Assembly (NCBI RefSeq): GCF_000150275.1
Contig: NW_002060945.1
Span: 9,378,011 to 9,442,010, forward strand
DNA length: 64,000 nucleotides
From: Trichoplax adhaerens
Taxonomy: Eukaryota; Animalia; Placozoa
Direction: 5' to 3'
The position numbers and the translations under genes were made by a program. Below are positions 57,107 to 64,000 of this stretch, in pieces. Positions within the stretch are counted from its first letter, which is position 1; each line of letters begins with the position of its first letter. The notes below the pieces were generated by a model that made no database searches, was not told the DNA's origin, and was given only the letters and a program-made list of their open reading frames with translations.

Positions 57107-58613
57107 GAGAACTTGATGAAATATTTTCCCTCTAATGATAGTACAAAGTTGGTAACAATTCGATAATTGATAAACTGAATAATCAATCTCTCAAGTAGAA
57201 ATCAATACTGGTATATAAAAGTACATTACCACTGTATAAAAAAAAATGCTTGTAAGATTTATGTTGAATTCTTTTGTAAAATTTAAGTTAGTTACTTTAA
57301 AATGTTCTCTCCTCGTTAATTTGATCCTTCATTGTAAGTCACTTCCTAGTATAACACTCATTACTTTTCATAATTACATTCGTAATTAAGTTGTATCGTT
57401 AGCGCAACCTATAAGGCTTGATTATTAATTATTATGTATTATTTCTGTATGGAATGCAATCACATTACTGTTAAAGTACCAACGACATCAAGTCAATATG
57501 TGAGTGATCATCTATCTGGCGCACATTATTAATATTTAAGTAGGATCATTATTACTAAATATAGAATTTTAAACGTAGCGTGAGTACTACTGTACATTGC
57601 ATTGCACTGAAAGAAATAAAACGAATTGTCGAAAACGGCGATAACGAAAAAGCACTAATCACGGCTTCATCGACTACAGTTTCTGAATTATACACGCTAC
57701 TAATATAGTTGGTAGACTTTATTAGGACAACGCTGTAAAATTATATCCAATAAAATATTACAGCTAACGTCTTAATTCGATTCAATATTGACGATTATAA
57801 AGTCCGGAGGTGGTAATATCTAATAATAACGAGTTATCGATAATAATACGTAATAACAATTTACGCAAATATCTATTTCCCATGTACAAACTAAGATAGT
57901 TAGCAAAGGACGTATATCAACCACGCTATATCTAATTTTATAACGCTGAATGCATACAAATCGCTTTTAAATTTTTATATTATCCTATTTCAATCTGGCG
58001 ATTGCTTACTATCCTTTGCTACTATTACCGTAATTACTGATTGAACTGAAAAGTTGCAAAAAATCCATAATCAGTGATACGTAGGACATCCATAAATAAT
58101 AATACCTTACATAATATTTATGTAAGCTATGCAAAATCTAAAGTGGGTGATGCACAAATCAGTTAATGCAAAAGGAGAGACCAATAAATGCATGTCCTTA
58201 ATACATTCGCATTATCCGTACAAGGTTTGAACTTATCATTAAAGGAGATAATATATAGCAAATTAATAATTAATTCTTATCCTTTCAAGTCAGCATACAC
58301 GTACTTTAAACATATTTATGAATACAAGTGCATACCAAAATATTGGTTCCAGTATTGAATGTAGAAGTCAACAGTACAGCATGCAAATATCGAAAAAAAA
58401 TCTAACCGTAAATTTGTCATGTACATTAAATCAACCATAAGCGTGATTTAATTAAATAATAGAGAGAATGTTCATTCATGTCAGTCAAGTTGTTGACAGA
58501 CTCAATGAGACACGATACCAGATCAGTTGTTGTCTGCAGCCAGGTTCATCGCCACAATCTAGTCTGTCGTGCATACAAACGAGGTAAGCAAAGGTGCCAA
58601 GAAGTCGACTCTT

Positions 58614-61600
58614 TTAATCCATTAAGTTATTATACTTGTTGATGCCAAAAATGCGTACAGTATGCAGTGCCGGTAGCTTGGGTATGATCACAGAGCATAA
58701 CGTGGTGGCATTAAATAAGAAATGCTGGACTTCGTAGCGGGTGTAGAAACTAGTCAGCATAAACCTATCAATCATACATCAAAAGAAACTTCGTTTTATC
58801 AATCATGAACGCTTTCCTTTGGTATGTACAATTTTAATTCTTTATTTCTTGTTGATCTATCCTCATAAACTTACATTGCAATCGGTACCATAATTAAGAA
58901 TTTTCGGGTCCTAGTAAATTGTTCTCCAGAATCGATTTGTTCCCAATGTGTTAACTGTCTGCTTTTACCTTGATCAAACGTATCAAAGGGTGTACCTTTC
59001 ATGACATGGAATAGGAAGAAGGTAAACTGAAATAAAAAAAGCTCATTGTTAGTTCTTACATACAATAGCAATATTATATAAGCAATTTATTAGTTCCTAG
59101 GTGATAGGAGTAAGTTACTACCGTACGAGGAAATGTATATTGCAATACTTCGATGAATAGACGAGTATTCATTATTACAAGCATAGATAGATTGGATCAA
59201 GTTCACTTTAAACAACTTGATCCATCCAAATTTCATTGGTTTTACTACATGTATCGTAGTAGCGTGTCGATTCTTTTAACAGTCAGTACCGGTATAGAAG
59301 TCCAAAGCATACCCTGGTCAAAATATACTCGGGATGAAAGTAGCCTAGTCTGTTTTCATACCTCAGGTATATTCTAGATTAGTCCAGTTTATCAAAAGCA
59401 GTAGTAGAGCCAAATGCACTAGTGAGCGAGGTGAACTTATTTTTGCCACAAATGGAAATTGAATAAGTACAGTACTGTACAATTTTATTGATTAATTCGA
59501 TCTAGTACGATAATACTGCAATCAGGATAGTGGCAAACACTGCGCTCTTCATCAATTATCAAGGTTAAGGTAACCCCTAAGGTAAATCCAACAGTATGTA
59601 AACAAAAACAAACTTTTTTAATAATAATTAATTTTTATAACACGTCATAATAAAATTAGTAGATGATAACGTTGGAAAATGCTGTAGTCAACTTGAGAAA
59701 TATTGTACTGTATGAGTATTACAATGACCAAAAGCAAGAGTATCAAAATGACTCAGATGTTTATTCCTTCTTACGGAGAACAACACCGTGGATATAGTAC
59801 GTTCTACCGACTACTACAGCGCATAAAGTAAAAGTACGTTCAAACTAGCTACTGATGGTTCCGATCATGACCTATCTACTCAGTAATCAAGACTAGTTTA
59901 TTCAGTCAATTTGTAATTTCAAAACTCGTGAATAAGATATAATTTATTAATTAATCGACAGTCCAGTCAATTTTCGATATTCAAGGATTGAATTATTAAA
60001 CGATTAAAAAACAAGTAGTGACCCTTATTAAGGGTTAAAAACCACATGAATTATTGGGTGAATCTATTTACTAGACCGCTGATTCATTACCGTCAATATT
60101 GCATGTTATTATTTTGTAACTACCGGTTATTGCCTGAACTTGTCCCCACTGTCAATACAATCAACGTACGTTAGCTTAGTATCAAGGGAAGTCCCCCAAA
60201 ATGAAACAGTTTGTGACAAAAACAAATTAACATGGAGGGAAATTTTGATTACTGTTGTTGAAAAAAGTGCCGCTATAGAACATTCGATTAGTCATAATCG
60301 TCTTCCTTTTTCTTCAGTTTTCCACATCGATATTGTATGTCCATATTAGCTTAATGTCATTTCATCAGCACAACTAACATTCATTCTTTGTTTTATAAAT
60401 TTAGGCTTTTAATTGTTCCAGTAACAACTTGAATAATTATTTTTTTTTATTTGTTGTCAGCAAAGTTACTGTATCATCTTTTCAAATGACGGCTGTTTTG
60501 ATTACTATGTAGCAGGTAACATACTTTGTATAAAATATGGAGAAATTACGTTATCAGTAGAATAGCTAAATATGATGATTACTGTATGTGCATGCACTTT
60601 TACTCACGGCATTTTCATTTTTATAGCAATGATATTGGATTATTAATTATAATGATCACTGGATCGGTATAGGTCAAGTACTGAAACAGCTTATTCTATG
60701 TATAGTGTTGCAGTAGTTTGGAACAAAAAAAAAAAACATGACTGTACTATTGGAGTTTGAGCAAAACAATGATGATGATGCAATGCAAAAGTCCAATGTG
60801 GATACCAACTCTTTGTGATAGACCTGGATCGATCTATCTTTGCTTGATAGGTATTGTCATCGATAGGACATAAGATTGATCGATTTTATAGCATTCGATT
60901 TCTATTTAATGACGGCAAGTATTTTTTTAATACTACTACGATTAATATGTCCACAACAGATGAAAACAAATACAGTAGAACCAGATGATGATGATATCAT
61001 GCAAGTTGTCGGAATGGCTATGCAATACGTCATGGAATTGGATAAAGACTATATAAATCAATCTGTATCTTACTGCATTTCATCTGATAGTGAGCCATGT
61101 ACAAGATACAAATTGATGATCAATAAAGTCATTATTATTATATTACATATCGATCGATGTACAGTATGCTGTATCTATTCAATAATTAGTTGGTTGAAAG
61201 TTTGTTGCCTAAGCTGGATGATTGCTGCGGTATCTTGGGGCCTTAGCAATCACTAAGTAGTACTATGTACATTTGTTGAGAAAAAAATAACTCCAACTGG
61301 CCGTCAATGGACAATCGACTCATAATGAGTGTGATCATGAATTCATCAGAGACATAATTTGATCATTTCTTTTGGCCCTTTATAACGCTACAGCTGCATC
61401 CGTACGCTAGCAGGCGAGCTGCAATTTATTGCAAATCAACCTAGGCGTAGACTGTTTTCAGCTCCATTTTGGACACTATTTCCCATAGTAAGTTTTCAAC
61501 AGGATAAATTCAACATTGACTCACTGGCCATGATGGATCTAAAAGTGATCCATCATGGACTTGATCAACTTGATTAGACTAGGATGAATTGACGAGTTCG

Positions 61601-61819
61601 GCTGTTGTTGCATCATTGACGGATGATGGAAATGAAAACACTTACCACATTGTGAAAGGTAAACGTCAATGTCCAAGCTTGGGGTACCGTTAAAACAGGA
61701 ATACTTAGGAAGAAAAAATGTTCCAATAATATAAAGAGAACATAGGTTATCCAAATGCCTCGACTATTCAGCCATTCGACGTTTGGATTGGATGCTGATC
61801 GTGTTCGAGCGGCTTCCAT
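58614..61819 (-). CDS. ORMDL: ORMDL/ORM1-like serine palmitoyltransferase regulator, 3 exons
   Basis: Exon 1 ~61646-61819 ([16 protein letters not shown]...AWTLT...HNV), exon 2 ~58875-59026 ([39 protein letters not shown]), exon 3 58614-~58764 (LTSFYTRY...[22 protein letters not shown]). Confidence 0.95.
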
Positions 61820-61994
61820 ATTGGTTCATCGATGTCGATTGCAAAGTCAATGGAGTAGAACTGGAGCAAGCCGCTTTAACCAACAATAGCACTTCAGTCA
61901 GCATTGGCTACGTCCTCTCACTGTAGCACGTACAGTATAGTGTACAGTACATGGGATCCGATTTCGTCACACAGTCCACGTCACACTTTTGCAG

Positions 61995-62420
61995 TATTGT
62001 ACTGTACAGTACTGTACGTTCTCTTATCTCCACTGTGACCATGGAGATACGGTACACTGTAGCACTGGACTGTACACTGTACAGTACACTGTAGGGGCAG
62101 AACCTGGAAGCGTAACACTGTACTGTACAGTATGTACAGTACTGTACAGTACTGTACGTTCTCTTATCTCCACTGTGACCATGGAGATACGGTACACTGT
62201 AGCACTGGACTGTACACTGTACACTGTACAGTGTAGGTGTACACTGTAGGGGCAGAACCTGGAAGCGTAACACTGTACAGTACTGTACAGTACTGTACTG
62301 TACGTTCTCTTATCTCCACTGTGACCATGGAGATACGGTACACTGTAGCACTGGACTGTACACTGTACACTGTAGGGCAGAACCTGGAAGCTTAACACTG
62401 TAATGTAGCTACTGTACAGT
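61995..62420. repeat. 140-146-bp tandem repeat (3 copies) rich in CTGTACAG palindromes, just upstream of ORMDL
   Basis: GTTCTCTTATCTCCACTGTGACCATGGAGATACGG at 62018, 62158 and 62304; GGCAGAACCTGGAAGC occurs three times. Confidence 0.93.
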
Positions 62421-63669
62421 GCGCACTACTGTAAATAGAAATCGTATGACCCTGCTTGGACGATACTAGACAGAAGACACTATTCCGTGATTGGCTTAGC
62501 TGGTAGATCACGATAGCTAGTCATATGATCACTCACTCTTTCACACTCGCAGCTAGTTTCATTGATCACATTTGATGGTCGAGCTTACTGTACAGCACAT
62601 TGCTCGGTCCTCTACCAGTGTTATTAGCCAGGTCAATTCTTCAAAATGGATGCTGTCGATTTTCTGTCGCGGATCAACATGGATAGACGAGTGCTACAGT
62701 CCCTCTTTTTCTTTTCCTGAAAGTTGTCCTGCTGTACGGTACTGCAATGGATCCCTTCGTGAATCTACAGTACTCCAATGGCCGCACAGCCAAAGATTGT
62801 TCTTTTACCTCTATTCACTGCATTGTACTGTACTGTACTGTATAATGGACTGTACACGGTACAGTGGACACTCATAACTAGGCTTTAAAGTCATAATACA
62901 GTTATGGACTACTATCGGCATCTTAACGGTGCATCTACTAGACTGGTCGTTGATGACACAGTCAACTTATACCACAACTACAAAGTAGTTTTGATATTCT
63001 CCAATGGTCTACTAGACGCGTATAAAACGAGGATAGGACAATACTGCTAGTACGCGTATGCAAAATACGAAGACATTCCCAGTAATAACAGTAAAGCCTC
63101 AGATTACCGGTTCATCAACCAAAATGCTAGAAAAGCCTGTCAAAAAGGTCAAAAAAAGCGCGACCGGTGCAGTCAACGCACAGTACAGTCCAGTACTGGA
63201 AAGAAGAGAAAGGGACGAAATACGGCCGAAAGCTGCCCAAAAAGGAGCAGGCTGACTTTATTAGTGGTCATTTTACAATACGCTACAGCTGTAACCTTGC
63301 ACCGTACTGTGCAATAGCAACCTGGCAGCTAATTTGGTCGTGTAAGAAGTCAACAGTACAGCACAGTAAAAAAGATTGCCGATGATCACTCAGTAATTGA
63401 ATTCAATCAGGGACTTGTCGATTTGGGGGGTAAAAAAAATGGAAAAGTTCCTGATTATTAAATACGGGTCAGTGTCCTTTAAAAACAGTCAACCCGACTC
63501 GAGCGAGGGATAGGGGTTAAGTAATTTCGCGCTAATACAGTCTTTGTATAGCAATTGTACTCATTTCGGGCTTGAAAATCAACCGCTTTATCGGGTTGCG
63601 TTTTTACTCCATTTCATGGGTACCCTGACTGAGTGTCCGTCTTTGCTGATGTCTGTAGCACGACTAAAA

Positions 63670-64000
63670 GAAGTACAGTAAGCTACGATCGTACAGTACT
63701 GCACACTGTCACTGTACTGTACACTGTACAGTATGCCAAATTGCCAACACTACAGTAGTCCGCTACCGTAATGTACTGTATAGTACAGAAAACCCAGCCG
63801 GACGGACATACTTCTCCTCTATCCAAATAACCGTGAGGTACTTACAGTACTGTACTGTACTGAGTACGGTCAAGAAGAAGTCGACCATGTTCGGTTCATG
63901 CGCAGTTTGACTCGCAATCGACTTGGAGTCCAGCCGTGCCTTCTGACTATACTGTACTAACTGTAGTACGAGCGTTTGATACTGTAGTACTGTACTGTAC
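63670..64000. repeat. CTGTA/TACAG-rich low-complexity array, running off window end
   Basis: CACTGTACTGTACACTGTACAG, TACAGTACTGTACTGTACTG, GTAGTACTGTACTGTAC. Confidence 0.7.

Noticed and set aside
60876-61256. 126-aa ORF antisense within ORMDL intron 1
   Set aside because: Non-ATG start and no recognisable domain.
61908-62398. Four overlapping ORFs on both strands
   Set aside because: Artefacts of the palindromic tandem repeat.
63058-63255. 65-aa Lys-rich ATG ORF as a gene or first exon
   Set aside because: No recognisable homology or convincing splice partner within the window; it cannot be excluded.

Overview
AT-rich, gene-dense eukaryotic DNA with short spliceosomal introns. Base composition, intron style and gene set suggest an early-branching animal, possibly a placozoan such as Trichoplax (inference only). 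Seven conserved spliced genes can be reconstructed by hand: HECW-type WW/HECT E3 ligase (+, 5'-truncated), PIP4K2 (-), ZSWIM2 (+), FAM221A (+), a short RPEL-RhoGAP of the ARHGAP9/12/15/27 family (+), BBS5 (+) and ORMDL (-). As I recall their human map positions, the co-orthologues fall on the Hox-bearing paralogon. The stand-out feature is an uninterrupted 14.7-kb ORF (25371-40103, -, 4910 aa). It encodes a ~4000-aa coiled-coil rod built from blocks of 61-, 37-, 29-, 62- and 33-residue periodicity, then an acidic linker, then a Ras-like domain. That domain keeps G1/G4/G5, lacks the G2 Thr and G3 DxxG, and ends in CAAX (CVIT). Upstream lie about 6 kb of unrelated non-coding tandem-repeat families. 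CTGTA/TACAG arrays cluster near several gene 5' ends, and X-box-like (RFX) sites occur near BBS5, ZSWIM2, FAM221A and the RhoGAP. All exon boundaries were inferred by eye and all homologies are from recall; no searches were run.
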